The notes under the pieces were generated by a model. That model did not search any database, was not told the origin of the DNA, and saw only the letters and a program-made list of their open reading frames with translations. A program made the position numbers and the translations under genes. Shown piece after piece: positions 38,656 to 53,271 of a stretch of 64,000 nt of DNA (positions are counted from its first letter, which is position 1; every line of letters begins with the position of its first letter). The stretch comes from Microbotryum violaceum (taxonomy: Eukaryota), in the NCBI GenBank assembly GCA_001244265.2, contig CDLV01000010.1:1-64000 (forward strand). Direction: 5' to 3'.

Positions 38656-41600
38656 CTACATCCCCAAAGCTCTCATAATCCCATACCCCAGCGTAATAAT
38701 CACCGTAGTCGCGACGACGCTCGCCGGAATACCCCTTGTAAAAAAGTCCCTCGGTTCCAAATACCGATCCCCCAAATCGTCCTCGACGTTAATCGCTTGC
38801 AAGTTGGGGAACCCAGAGATGGGTAAACCCATTCCTACTGAACAAATGAAGGCGGTGGCGAGAATCAAGAGGGTTGGATGGGGAGTTTCCATTGCTGCTC
38901 CTATACGAGCGGCGATGGGGACGACGAGAACGGCGGCGATGCTGGGGGTGAGAGCAACCAACGTCCAAAGAGAGAGAGAGAAAGGAAGGAAACAAATTCA
39001 GTTCCCGCTGCTGCTACTTATTCCTTCGGATCGACTTTCAATCCCCTACTCACGTATGACTGATCAACGTTGCGATGACCAACACGATAACGGAAAACAA
39101 GGCAAGGATGGGCCAAATGTCCAGTCCCAAAACGGCGTCCTCGACGATCTGATCCAGGTCGTCCAACAATCCAGAGGAAAGAACGGCTTTGCCTAACGAG
39201 ATACCACCCATCGCGAGGATCACGATCGACCAAGGCGAGTGATCAAAGTCGGCTTTGCGGAGTACGCCAGATCCGTAGAAGAGTACGATGGGAATAATGG
39301 CGATGATGCCTGCGCGCAAACAAGTGCAAAGACCATCAGCAAAGCCGTTAAAGTTCTTGATCGATCAAGAATGTTGAAATACTCGCCCATGTCCCCGACC
39401 AGCCAAGCCAACCTCGTCTCGACGCACCACAAAACGATGGTCATAATCGTCACGAACGAGACGAACCACTGCGTCTTCGTCCACGGATCCCGACTAACCC
39501 TCGTCGGATTAATGATCAACCCCTTACCGGAGCGATACGACCACAGCAAGATGAGCCAAATGCAAAAGATCGTTGTCGTCGCGACGGGGATCGAGACGGC
39601 GAACCAACCGAGCCAGGAGACTTGAGGACTCATGTACTCGAGCGCGATCAGGTTCTGAGGTGACGAGATGGGGGATGCTAGACCACCGATGTTGGATGCG
39701 AGTGCGATACCGAGAATCAGAGCTTTCGAAAAGGGCGATTTCTGAGGCAGCGTTCGGAGGATCGGCTATGTGAGGACAGGAGCGACCCCAGAACATCAGC
39801 ACTGTTATTGATGGTAGCGATGAGTCTGGGTCCAGCCTCACCTGAATCAAAGAATAGCACAACACGGGTGCAGCGACGTTCGAGATCCACATCGACGCAA
39901 AGCACGCGACGAGCATGTACGCCAACAAGACATACTTGGGCTTGGTCCCGGCAAGGGAGAGCACTTTGGTCGCCAAGACCTTGTCAATATTCTGCTTCGA
40001 CAACGCCGCGGCCAGGGTAAATCCACCTAGGAGAAGCATGATGGTCGGACTGAACATTTGACCAAAGATGTACTTGGTCGATTCCGAGGCGGTGAGTCGA
40101 CGGTCCTCGCCGTCGGTCGAACGGATGACGCGAAGGACGACGACGAGGAAGGGGACCATCAGGGCTGTGACGAACAGCGGCACGATCTGCGACTCGTACA
40201 AGACGCTCATGAGTAAGCATACTCAACGCGTAGAGAATGAATTATGTTTCTCACCTCGAGCGCCCAAAAGATGGTGACGAAAGCCAACAACGCCAAACAG
40301 TTGCCCTCCTCGACGCGATCGAAAAGCTCGAGTTTGAGCAACGTCAAGAACAGCAGCGCCGCGAAAGCACCCCCAACAACCTGGGTATTGAGCCACGCAG
40401 ACAGCCAAGACCGACTCGCCACTCCTTCGGCGCTCTTCGTTTCGTCTCCTTTGACGATCGGCATCGCCGTTGCTGCTCGCTTCGGTGCGCCTGTCCCAGC
40501 ACCCCACCCTCGTCGTTCAAGACCAATCATCTCGCGCCAAACGGTGTTGCGTTCCCAAACGACGTGCTCGCGCAAATGGGCATTGAGCTGCTTCGTCGCT
40601 TGATCAATGTCGCCTCCCGTCGCAAGGTTGGCGTAAAGCGGGACGAGCACCTTGATCGCGGACGAGAGACGTTCCTGCGTGGCGGCTTCAAACGGGAAGG
40701 TCGAGTCGACGACCTCGGACATGTACTTGGAACGCAGCTTGGAGTTGGTGATCTTGTCATACCTGTGAAGGAGTACCGCTGCGGTTCAGCTAATGCTCCT
40801 TTTGAGCGGGCCTAGACTTTTGTCCTCACTTTTTCAGGACCTTGCTCAGACCAGTGTAGTTGAGATCGACGTATTGCTTGAGCTCGGAGAGTGACTGTAC
40901 GGGGCTCGACAAAGTGGTGAGCTCATCAGCACTACCTGCGAACCGCGAAGCCGTAATCACCGCAACTCACCGTAAAGAGCGCCGCGATCCTCCTCTTGTA
41001 CATGATTCTCGTATCGATTGCCCAATCGCTCGCCCCACCAAAGACGCCATCATCATCGTCCTCATTGGCCGTACTCCCCGCGATAAAACGACTCGTATCT
41101 CGTTTCCTCGACGGCGTGCCGAACAACTTGGACCCGATCTTCCTCACCGCCCTTCTGCCGGACTCGCTCGAGCGCGCCCCACCATTCTGCCCTTGTCCCT
41201 CTTCCTGAATCTCGTCGATACCCAACAGGTCGCCGGAGGTTGCACTCGCATTCGAAAGCGCTCTTGCCCTCCTTCTCCCTGCCGAGCCTTCCCCACCCGA
41301 AAGCCCCTCGAAGGACCTAGCGAATGAACCGGCTCTCTTCCGCCTCGCCTTCCTCGCCTCCCTATTCGCGGCATCATAATTCCTCGGATTCGAGAAGACC
41401 TGTTCGATCGCGCCTTTGACCATCTTGCTCGTCCTGGCTGCGACGCCTTCCTCCCCTTCCTCGTCGTCGTCCTGACGATCGTCCTCCGAATCGGATGCTC
41501 CGGACGTCATCCCTTGGCCACTCAAATGGGAAGTCTCATCCTCTATCCTCTCGACGTCAGCCTGCAACAAGGCCAAATCACCCAACAACTCTCTCTCCTT

Positions 41601-41971
41601 GGCGACGTAGAATTCAGTAATCTTGTTCAACTCTTGATCGAGCAAACGCGTGAAGAGCTTGTCGTTCGATGCGGGCTTGGCACTTGCGCCATTGCCATTG
41701 CCTAGCAGAGGCGAGTCGGCACCTCGTTCGACATCGGTGTATTCGGTGGGTAGGGGAGCAAGTTGTTGTTTCTCGAAACGATAAATGGCCGCTTTGAGTG
41801 CTTCGTAACTGTAATTGTCCCGATGGAAACGATCAATTTCAATTTGGGAATTTGGGAGAGGCTTATTATCATTGAACTCGGGGACGCGCGGACCTGGACC
41901 TTGACCTACTTTAGATAATGACTCGTCCATTCAGGAACCGAGTTGAACACCAACGAATGCGCAAACTTCAT
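38656..41971 (-). CDS. SPX-domain low-affinity phosphate transporter (Pho87/Pho90/Pho91 family), multi-exon
   Basis: MKFAHSLVFNSVPEW, LDQELNKITEFY, LREHVVWERNTVWREMIGLER, SMWISNVAAPVLCYS, GMGLPISGFPN. Confidence 0.93.
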
Positions 41972-42490
41972 ACTTCCGAACTTCTCGAGTCGTTCGACCA
42001 ATCGGAAGCACTGGAAGTGAGGTGCTGTTGATCGTACGTGGTCGTGGTCGTGCTCGTCGTCGTGGTGATGATGATGGTTGTCGTCGAGCCGAGCAAGTTC
42101 CCAAGCCTGTTGGGGAGGCGACTCGGGAAAAGTGAAGTATCGTACAAGCTGGTGGAACCAAGAGCGAGAAATGACGGAGAGTGGTGGGGACGGCGAGTGG
42201 TAAGGACAATTTGAGGCGTGATTGATGCCGAGTCGAGTGCGCAGTGCGCAGTGAAGCGGGCGGAAACTCAAATTACTCAAAAGCGGCGCCCAAATGAGCC
42301 CCGCACGGCAACCCTCGGCATCGTAATTCGCCAATTAGACTTTTGCTTCGTGTCATTAGCATCGATTCGCATCGAGTCCGCAGACGAAGATCTACAAAAA
42401 CAAACACTCGTTCCCAAACTATCATCATGACCAATACTCTTTCAAATCTCAATCCCATCCTCCTCTCCCCCGCTTTCCAACACACCCTCT

Positions 42491-45400
42491 TCAAATCCCC
42501 TGCGCCAACTCTTTCAAGAACGCCCTATTATCCGGCTCCCGGCCCAAAAAGTCCTTCAACGAATCCATCTCGTCCCTCGAACCTCCAGGACGCAAAATTT
42601 TCTCCCGATAAGCCAGACCACTGTTCGAACAAGAAATTGGAAACGATCAAAGGTCAGTGATACTTTGAAACTTATCGGTATGTATGTGGGCATTCTCGCG
42701 TACCTCTTTGGATTCATCGGATCCTGCTCAAACACCGTCGCAAACATGTCCGCCGAAAACACCTGCGAGTACAAATACCCATAATACCCCGCCGAATAAC
42801 CCCCGGTGATATGCGCTGTGAGGTACCTCCGAACGCTATTCAGCATCGCGTTCGTCTGCATCATGGGACTCGTGATGCTGAAACGTGCGGAACTCACCGA
42901 AGCCGCTTTGCCCACCAACGTATTCGCCTTTAGAGGAGACGAGGGTTACTTGTTCTCGAAGGTCGCACCACAACTTGGTCAAGTCCGAGTCAACGTCGGT
43001 CGTATGCACTTTCACTGCGATCAATATAGTCAAACCATCCGTCAGTATCCCAACCCAACTAAACACCAAGTGTCTCCCTGATCTCCCGACTCACTATCAT
43101 ACAACCCAAAGTGCAACTGCCTCAAATTGAACAACCCCTGATTCATATTCTTACTCTTCACCAAATTCTCAATCACCTCATCGTCCAACCTCTCCCCCTC
43201 CCTCTCGAAATGACTACTCAACTCGCGCAACTGTTCCTTCGTCCAAGTCCAATTCTCCAACATCTGCGAAGGAGCTTCGACGAAATCCCTCGAGACGGCC
43301 GTACCATGGAATCGAGGGAATTGCGTCTCGGAGCATAAACCATGGAAGGCGTGACCTAGTTCGTGCATGAAGGTGACGACGTCACTGTGCTTCATTAACG
43401 CGGGTCGGGTAGGTGTCGGTTTGGCGAGGTTCGCGACCATGCACACAACGGGGTAATTGCGTTCCCCCTTGGCGCCCGTCCATCCGGGGATCAAGCCCCA
43501 CACAGCGGCATGTCCATACCTGGTACATTCGACCCTCGACTATAAATCAGCTCGGAGAAACGAGGCTTCCCACACAGAAAGACAGGGACGCACTTGTTCT
43601 CGCGGGGGTAGAGGTCGAGGTGCATGTAGCCCAAGAACTTGCCGAGCTTGCCGTCTTGACCATTTCCAGCGTCCCAGACGGCGTACCTAATCACAGCGAA
43701 TCTGACATCAGCACTCTAACTCCTCGCCACCCACCGTTTGGAGTTCAACTCGATACTCACATCTCAGCCTCTTCGTGCCACAGATCAGCATTCGGGACAC
43801 GGAAGAACTGCACGTTCAACAGACGGCGATAGAGATCTGTCCGACGACGATCGTACACCATGAGGGTCAGCTTCTTGGGGCATATCCTCAAGTACGGTAA
43901 CGAGTGACGAACCCAGTACGGCCGGAACGACTTTAGCGACGGGGAAGTATTCCTTGATCTTTTCCTCGTCTGCGAGTCCCCCAAATATACACGTCAGTAA
44001 GGTGATCAGTAAAGCGCACCCCAACTGCCCCTGATTCGGAACTCACCAATGTTCAAATTCCTCTCCACAAAAAGCCGATCCAAATACTTTGAATCCCACA
44101 GGTACAACTCGTCCTCGTAAGCCTCGCCCATCCTCTCCGCCACCTCTTTCTTCAACTTCAACAAACTCTCTTTCTCCTTCTTCGCAATAGGCATCAACCT
44201 CTTTTTCAAATCATCCAAAAACTCAAAGACGTTCTCCGGGGTCTTGGCCATTTTTTCTTCGAGGATGTAAGCGGCGTGATTGGGGTAACCGAGCAATTGG
44301 GCCGCTTGTTGACGAAGTTTGACGATTTCGACGAGCAAGGGAGCGTTCGAAAGGGTCTTGCCTTCGTAGCCCAACGTCGCCGCTTTACGCGTCGCTGAAG
44401 AATGAGCGTATTTACTGCGGGTCCGACGATACGACCCTAGCCAGTGTCAGCTCGTTGCTTCGAGACCATCTTCGACAAGTGGCTAGGACTCACAAGACGG
44501 GAATGACGTCGGGAGTCTTGAAGGTGACTTTGTACTTGCCGTCCTCTCCTTTAGGATAACCACTGATGACTTCTTCGGGTACGCCATCCAATTCCTGGGG
44601 TCAATGAAATGCAGATGGTAAAGCGCATCAGTACTCGACGAGAGCGACCACGTTCCCGACCACGAACCTGTACTCACCTCCTTCGTGAAAAACAAGGCGC
44701 CATTTTCCTCATTACACGTCTTTTGGAAATCGACTTCGAGCGCCATGATCTTTTGGCGCAACTTGAGCAACTCGTTCCTCTTGTCCTCAGGGAGACCCAG
44801 ACCTGCCCTTTTGCGATCGAGGATCATCTTATCCAAAAGGCGTTGTTTTTCCGGTTCGAGCTTAAGACCTTGCTTCTTGATATTATCTTGAGTATGAAGC
44901 AGAGCCTGATAAACATCAATCCTAGTCATAGCTTCAAGTGCGAAATCCTGTATCGTGGCGTTCACGGAAAAAAAAAAACTCAATTACCTCGCACCTTCAA
45001 CTGCTTCTAAATCCGAGAAGCGTTACGCACCTGAAACTTTTTATCCGCTTCTACACTCTTGTCCCTCACTTCCTTCTCCCCCGCCACGTACTGTAAAAAC
45101 AACGCTGGTTCCAAAACGCGACTAGTTTCTCCATCTTCGAATTGCATCCTCCTGATCGTCGAATCGAAGGTACAGTCTTCGGGTTTCAAAGAACCAATCT
45201 GATCAAGGGATGACTTGGTTTGGTTTATTTGATCATTGAGGACTTGAGTGATGTAGGAAGGGGTGTAGCGTGACCATTGAGGTGGGGAGACGGGTGGGGT
45301 GGGATAGGAAGTGGTGGACATCGTTCCTGATCCGGCAAGGGACAGGAGGGAGGAGGTGTTATTACTGTGGGTTGCGAAGTTTCGAAAGTGTAGAGCGGTC

Positions 45401-45576
45401 GCGCACCCGAATGCGGCGAGTGTAGAGCTCCAAGTCGGGCTCCGTCGACGAGCACGAACGGCGGCGGGGAAGAACGATGACGTGGACTTGGACTTGGTAG
45501 CAGCAGCGAGCGAGCCAAAGGGGCGAGTAGTGGATGGGGCGACTTGGCTAAGCAGTCGTTTCGAAGTGGGGAGCAT
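42491..45576 (-). CDS. M3A zinc oligopeptidase (thimet oligopeptidase/saccharolysin Prd1-like), multi-exon
   Basis: [52 protein letters not shown]-rich N-terminus. Confidence 0.93.
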
Positions 45577-45923
45577 TCGCTTCTCCGGTAGCAGAAGTGT
45601 CAGAGAGAGGCTCGAAGCGGCGAAGGAGGGGGGGAGAAGGAGAGAAGGAGAGAAAGGGGAACAGGTTGGGACCGCATAGAGTCAGCTTGGAGCCCAGCTT
45701 TCGATTACTAATTCGGCGCTGGGGCGCTCAAGAGGCATTCCCAAGGATGCTAATGCAGAATTGCGCGCCCGGATTAGAACGTCCGAAGCGCCACATTGAA
45801 GCGGCACCTGCGTGATAATGAGCTTGATAGTGCATGATGATAGGGCGCGCTCGGGACCAGGGCGTTTATGATGATCACGGCTTTGCGTCGGTCCGTTCGA
45901 GCGGTCGGGTTGCCGCATGTTCC

Positions 45924-48746
45924 ATGGCCGATCCGTATCTCGACCTTGTTCCAGCTCCCAAACTCAAGAAGAACAAAAGGAAGCGGGACAAGCGACGCAA
46001 GTCCACCGCCCAAGATGACCCTTCTACATCGACCTCGACGACGCTGAACCTCAATGCGCCTCCTACACCGACGACGACCACCACCATCACCACCAACCAT
46101 GGCCAACACAAAAGCTGGCCCCAAAAGGATAAACCGCATTTCGCCATGACGCAAAAGTTCGTGCCGTCGCAGGCCTGGCTCCCGGAGCAGCACGTGGCCA
46201 CGAAGGACGAGCAGGCGCAGCCGAGCAAGGACCCCTCTCCACCGCCACCAGCCGCCGGCCCGGTAGAGGCGTTACCGTCCCCGCCTCGTGCTGAACCCAC
46301 CCCGCTCGAACCTTCGACTCGCCGAACTCCGCCCGACATCACGCTGCTCGACCCTCATCTCGACGACTCGTCCGACGACGAGCTCGTACGGCAAACCTTG
46401 ATACCGATACCAGACACCATTCCAGCAACAGCCGAATCAAGTCGATTACCTACCAAAGAACCACAATTACAGGCTCAGCCGGTGTCGGAGGATATGGACA
46501 TCAGCTCCGATGATCTCCCAGCTGAGCTCAGTCACCTTGAAGAGCACGCCCGCATCCTTAACGCTGACGACTCGAGCCGATCACCGACCCCAGAATCCGA
46601 GCCGACCGTCATTGTCGACCAGTACCCACACTCTCCCGCATCACGCGACGACGACGATGAAGATGATGAAGAGAATTCTCATTCACCGCTGCCTTCCTCG
46701 GACGACTCGGACCAAGACGTCTTCATCTACGATCCGCGCGACGGCACTCATTCCCATCTCGACTCTGTATCCGCTCGATCACGCCGCTTCCAAGACATTA
46801 TTGACCTCGTTGATGTTTCGGATGGCGAATCCTACCTCTACGACTCGTCCGACGACGAAGACCATGACGACGAGATGATCATCGTCGAGCAGCCCGATTC
46901 GACACCTTCCATCGCCTCTGCCCCAGTCCCGAACGACCCCTTCGCCTCGACCCATTTCCCTCCGTTGACCAGTGCCACGTCTCTCTGTGCCCGGGCTCGA
47001 GGGAAGCGACCTCTCGACCCTTCGAGCGACACCGAAGTCAAACGCGCCAAACGCGCCACTCGCGATCCCCCTTCCCTTGTCACGTTGCCAGACACCCCTG
47101 TTGTCTCGGCTTCCACTTCCACATACTCCTTCCAACCCCTCCGCACTCGCCCTACTGTAGGTGCTCTCTATCCATTGCGGCGTCCCATCCCTTTACCATT
47201 TCTTGATCTATCCTCTCCTTCACAATCGCCTTCTGATCTTGCTTCTACGCATGTTCCTCTTCATCATCGGGTGAGGGTCATCCGACGAGCGAGGAGTGCT
47301 TCGGCTGTTCCGGTCGATGTGCCGGATCCAACGTCCGAGGGGGAAGAAGGAGAAGTAGCTACGTGAGCACTCGCCACTCTCTTCTCGTGGCCTGTGAACT
47401 CGTTTGAAATGCTTCCTGAATGCGTGTCCTGAATTCTTCCCCTCTAGCTCACCTGCCCGGTCCCCACACCCCACCACGGCCATCGACCCAGAAACGGGCA
47501 TCCTTGTCAACCCTTCGACAGGCAAAGGCGTCTACGTCCGGTCTCGCCCTTCCCTCGCTCCCAGTACTCCCATCGCCATCGGCGCCTCGCGTCTCAAATT
47601 CCTCAAGCGCCAACTCCGATCCTCAGATGTCACCCCTTCGAGTCCTTCAACGACTTTGGCTCCACCTCCCTCTCTCCATCGCACCGCTTTCGACCGACGA
47701 CTTTCAGCGCATCGCAAGTTGCGTAAATGGTTCCCCGCTGAAGTCGGACCAGTATTGCAAGAGGCCTTCTTCCGTCCCTCGTCATGCATGGCCCTTTCGA
47801 GCGAGGCGTTGAAGCAATCTTTACCTTACCGATCGATTGGATACGGTTTCTGGCCCGGGGCGATCTCGACACCAACGCCTACTGCGCTGTTAACCGCCTC
47901 CCTCCCAATCCCGACCTCAACTACAGCAGGTGGTCTGAACCTCCGCCCCCGCGTTGACATTTTCGTTGACAACTCCAACATCATCCATTCCTTCCATCGA
48001 TGGCTAGGCCAAACCTTCCCTCCTAAGAACGTCTCCCTCGCTTCTCGTCTTGCGCGTCGAGTACAAGAGGACGTCATTGACGGGACAAGGTATTACCTCG
48101 ACTATGACATCCTCTTCGCTTTGCTCGAACGAGGAATGGGAAGTCGCGTTAAGAAGAGGGTTTTGGTAGGTAGCTCGCTCTTGAAACAAGGTGTCGAGGA
48201 CGCCGTCAAATGGGTGAGTTGCTTCAAAAGTCATTCAAGGCATATCAAAATCACCCTACTCAATTAATCATTCTCTCACAGGGCTACGAAGTCTCTATCC
48301 TTCAACGCGTACCTCGTCGCTCAGTCCTTTCCTCCGACCCCGACGGTCCCATCACGACCCTCCAAAAAGAACAAGCCGTCGACGAATTGCTCCATCTCAA
48401 GATGCTCGAGGCAATCCTCGAACATCAATCAACCCCTCACCAACCACCAATCACCACCACCTCCACTTCCTCATCGTCACCGCGTCCGCTGATGATCCTC
48501 GTCTCAGGCGACGCCAAATCATCCGAATACAACCCCTCCGGATTCCTCGGTTGCGTACGTCACGCCCTAGCGCACAATTGGGACATCGAGATATGGGCTT
48601 TCAAGAAATCGACGAACCGGTTTTGGGGGGATTTGAGCAGGGAACAGGGACGAAAGAGGGGGATAGATGGGGAAGAGGTATGGGGATGTGGGGATGTGAG
48701 ATTGGTCGATTTGAGTACTTGGGCGGGGGAGCTGGTGAGGAGGTGA
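45924..48746 (+). CDS. Protein with disordered acidic N-terminus and C-terminal NYN/PIN-like domain
   Basis: IFVDNSNI, KEQAVDELLHLKM, ILVSGDA...GF...AL...WDIEIWAF; introns ~47363-47447 and ~48214-48280. Confidence 0.75.
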
Positions 48747-48879
48747 TCAAAGGGGAATAAAGGATTTCGGGATATTGAGAATGGTTTAGGGAAAATATGT
48801 TGTAACCTGATTATCTGGTCTCTCGTTGTGGCCCCCTCGCATGCATCATCGCTTGACAATTCTTTCATCGTTCATCTTG

Positions 48880-50011
48880 TGAAGATGACTACGCGCGTCT
48901 CCACTTTGTATTATCGCGCGCGCTATTCGCGTCTTTGCTTCCTCTTCTTCACTTGATTATGAACTCATTGGGTCGTCCCTGCCGCCAACTCGTTCAGCAC
49001 ACATCGCTGTTCAGTTTCAATAGGTTATGAGCCCAACCGAGCGGCCAGCCAATTCGAGTCATCAAGACATGACCACTCCTCTCATGGTCACAGGACGAAC
49101 AACCCCTGTCGTCCTCGTCGAACCACGCGAAGTTGACCCATCATGCCATCTGCGAAACACTGGGAGCGGGTCGCAATGGATCGACGACGTGCGGGACGCC
49201 CTTGGCGGCGAGTGCTGTCTGCCGGAATTGCACCCTCGCGACGCCGTCCGATCACCAAACACGCGCACGGACCTCAATCACGCTAATTTCCAAGCGGTCG
49301 CGCTGCTGATGCGTTCTGTCTCACCTGACATCCGCAAGCACATCACAGATGGTTACGATCACACTCCTGCGGAAGTTTTGCAGATGATCAAGAACGCGGT
49401 CGGTACCGGCACGGTGGCTGACATCCTCATCCGTCTCCAAGCGTTGCTCGATGTGGGAGCTCCTCCCACCTCGACGCTGGTGAGACGGGCTTGGGAGCTG
49501 GCGTCTGATCCGCCTGCGTGTGAAGCGACTGAAAGACTTCCGTCGGGCTTGGTAGCTTGTACAAGCCTTGCCTAAGCGTCTGTGTGTAGTACTCACGATA
49601 CATGTCCTTGCCGAAGTGGACAAGGCGGAACGACACGATCTGCTCAAAAGTAAGCCCCGTGTCCCAAGAGCGTGTTAAAGGGCTCGATGGTCGTCGCTTG
49701 GTACTTCGCGAAGGCGTCCATGCCGGTGGGAGGAGGTCCCACGTCGAGCAACGCTTGGAGACGGATGAGGATGTCAGCCACCGTGCCGGTACCGACCGCG
49801 TTCTTGATCATCTGCAAAACTTCCGCAGGAGTGTGATCGTAACCATCTGTGATGTGCTTGCGGATGTCAGGTGAGACAGAACGCATCAGCAGCGCGACCG
49901 CTTGGAAATTAGCGTGATTGAGGTCCGTGCGCGTGTTTGGTGATCGGACGGCGTCGCGAGGGTGCAATTCCGGCAGACAGCACTCGCCGCCAAGGGCGTC
50001 CCGCACGTCGT
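48880..50011 (+). mobile_element. Ty1/Copia remnant: ~140-bp LTR, PBS and gag fragment folded back on itself
   Basis: TGAA...TTCA (48880-49019), then GGTTATGAGCCC (49023-49034), the Copia-type PBS complementary to the initiator tRNA-Met anticodon arm, then a gag-like ORF. 49184-49470 is inverted at 49725-50011. Confidence 0.75.
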
Positions 50012-50638
50012 TGCCCCTACCCGTTCTCGCAAATAAAGCGATCTTCTTACCGAAACGTCATTCGAGCAGCGGTCGGGAGACGCAATCCCAACGGCCAGAA
50101 AGGCGGCCTCAAAGGATGTGGGGGGAATGCCTCCTTTTTCAAAGTAGACGGTTCGTTTCTTTGGGAGCCGTCGGCGTTTCGGGAACCTCGACGTTGGCGA
50201 TCAAGGCCAATTGTCGGGAGTACATGGCATTCTCGTATGAAGAGGGCTTCTTTTCTCTCCTCGTGCATATCATCTCCACCCCCATAGTACCAAACCCATC
50301 CCAAGCCCGCGTGTTCGGAACCTTTCACAGTATTTTCGGACAACCCGGCCGATGGAACTCACCGCAGCGATTTGTCAACTTATTCATTACCTCACGACCC
50401 CCCTTCACCCATTTTGTCGCATTGTCCCTGCTTCCGAAAAGAAAACTCATTCGCGCCTGTGCCCTTTCGCTATGCCTCGGGCATCACAGGGGCCTCTCAG
50501 GCAAACAGCGCATTGGCACCGCATCATCCCCCCCCCCCGCCTCTTGAATCCTCGCTTGCTCCCAAGAGTCTTCAGTACCCTTCTCCGCAACGAAAATCAA
50601 CAATCGTTCCAATGCGATTACCCTTCTCCCCTCCTTCT

Positions 50639-53271
50639 CTAAGCCTCACATACACCCCTAGCCAAACACCTCGCCAAAGCACCCCTGACCACATCCAACT
50701 GCTTCATCCCCATCCTCACCACTTCCTTCCGTCTCTTCTCCTCCCGCATTTCAGCCCCTTTACCACCATTCATCAACTTTCCCAAAGCGTCCAAATGCCC
50801 ATAAACGTCGTCAACGTCCCCGTTACCCGCGAGTATGGGAAGAGCAATATCTTCCAAGCAGCGCATCAACTCGTAGCATTCTTCCACTTCGACTATGGGT
50901 CGGTCCTCGGATTCGTCCAATAACAGACCGACGGAATCCACCAAAAGGACTGCCCAGATGGGTTTGGGAGCGACGTTGGAGCTCAACAAGAGACAGAGGA
51001 GTTTCGCGGCTTGTCTTCGCTCCCCCTTGGCGTAAAGAGCGAAAAAGTCGCGATATCGAGCGAGGAAAGCGAGGCGCGTTGAAAAGGGTGCGAGGGAAGG
51101 CCGGTCCTCTTCTTCTTCTTCGTCGAAATCGTCCTGGTGTATCGTATCAAGATCCGACTCGTCATTCATCTCCTCATCTGACGTGATCTCCTCTCCCAGC
51201 ATCGACGCCTCCTTCCGTCCCCTTCCCCTTCCTTTCCGTCCCTTCGAAGGTCTCAACAGCGACACGGGAATTTCATCAACGCAGCGCACAAACGCATCCT
51301 GTCCGTTCGTGAGGTATTCGTCCAGTATCCGATCGGCGATCCTAGATACGCGCTTGAGGTCGCCTGAACGGATGCAAAATGCAAGCGCAGCGCCGTAGCG
51401 GGAGAGTGAGATGAGGTGCTCAGAGTAGGTCTGTGGGAGAACGGAGGTAGGGCGAGGTCAGCTTTGGGATTACTAACATTCGATAAGACTTATTTCCAGA
51501 GCGCACCTTGCAAATCTCAACGACGTCCTCTTCCAGACCATGCTCTGCCGCCGTCGCCAATACCTCTTCGACGAGTCTCTCCTTCCCATTCCCTTCCTCG
51601 TCCCCACCCTTCCCCTTCCCCTCTCCCTCGATCTCCTTCCCCTCGTCCGGCTCAGTAAAAATATCCACCCCTCTGAGAACCTTCCCCATTCTGACCCTCC
51701 CTTCCTCCCCACACCCACTCCCAAAGTAGTCGACCACGACCCTCCACAGCCCCGCATCGGCTTCCCAAAGTTCCTCCGCGTAACGAATGACGAACCAATC
51801 CCTCAACCTGGTCTGTTCCGTATCCGGATCGTTCGCACCATCCAAAGGCGGAGGCTGCACGACCCCGACTTTGTCCAATAGGTCCGAGAGGTGAGCGGCC
51901 AACCATCCCGAAACGCGATGAACGACCTTCAGAGCCCTCGGCACATCCCCCTTGAACAAAGCGTACTGCACCTCCTCTTCGGCGTCCCTGAACCCTGCCC
52001 CGCCTTCCTCCTCGCCTTTGACGAACGCCGTTTCCGATGCTAGGACTTGATCGACCTCGCTTCGTTTGAAAAGAGGATCGACCCAAACGCCCCAGGTGCA
52101 GACGCGTTCCCTCCAGTCCTCACACTGGTCTAGAACGACCTCTTGATCACCCTGTAGCATCCCAAAGACGACCTCGAAGCCTCGTACCCATCTTTCCCTC
52201 TCCTCGTCATCCTCACCCAATTCTTCCTCAACACCAGAACGGAACTTGGCCGCGACACGAATCGCGTTCGCCCTCCAGTTGCGAAACGCATTTTCGAAGC
52301 CCATCTCGGACTCGTGTTGGGTCGATCGAGGGAAGGAAGCGACGAGGTCGATCGCCCGAGTCGCCGTTCGTTGGACCCATGCCGAAGGGTGGTGAGAGGC
52401 CAAGAGGTTGAGTAGGGCTTGTGCCGAAACGAGGTGGGCACGAAGGATGGACCTGGGGTGGCAGCCCGAGGTAATTCAGAACGTGGCTCTCATTATCGGC
52501 TTGGCTCAAAGCCGAAACAGAACTGACTTGTAGAGATAATCCCAAAACTGGTCGTGCGTCTCCCAAGGTCTTGCGAGATCCGCCAAGGCCTCGCCCTGTT
52601 CCTTGGAAGGACTAGGGTCGAGGGTGTTGAGCCAATCGAGTAGCTCTTCGCCGACGACGCCTTGACCGTGGCCGTCTTGAGGGAGATAGAGGATCTCGGT
52701 CAGGGACAGGGTCGAATGCAAAAGCGCAAGTTCGTGCGGCTGGATTGAGGTTGAAGTGGATCCGTCCTGTAGAAAGAGAGTGGCATGATCATGAGCTTGT
52801 GGGCGCTGCACGCGCTCGATCGAAGCCGATGTGCCTCCCTACCTGTATCGTGTTCCACTCGTTCACAACGGCGCCTCTGTACAGCTTGGAGATGCGATTG
52901 TAGTACTTTGTCGTCTCCTTCGATCGACTGGGTTCATCACCTGCCAAACGACCGTTGGTGCGCCTGATCGCGAGCTGGTTCTGTTGTTCCTGCGTCGCGA
53001 TCTTTTGCAACGAAGCGAAGAGCGTCCATGTGCTGACGACAAAGTTTCTACTGTACGAAGATGATGACGATGCCGTCTGCCCAGCCGAGGTCGAGGCTCC
53101 TTGGGAAGCATAGTAGAGGAGCTGTGGCTGCGGAGTGCTAGCGGCTGGGGTCGCACCACTCTTGGGCGTGGGCACGAGCACGAGTTGGTTCGGCGAGAGC
53201 GGGTTCCATGCCGATTGCAAGGTCGTGTGCGCCGGCGCTGGAGGTTGAAGTTGTACTCGCCGGGAGGTCAT
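50639..53271 (-). CDS. NUP85: Nucleoporin Nup85, multi-exon
   Basis: LTEILYLP...GVVGEELLDWLN, FWDYL, WLAAHLSDLL, LWRVVVDY, RLAFLARYRDF, APKPIWAVLLVD. Confidence 0.85.

Noticed and set aside
41906-42334. His/Asp-rich in-frame N-terminal extension of the phosphate transporter
   Set aside because: Starts at TTG and derives from a trinucleotide microsatellite; SPX proteins begin at MKF.
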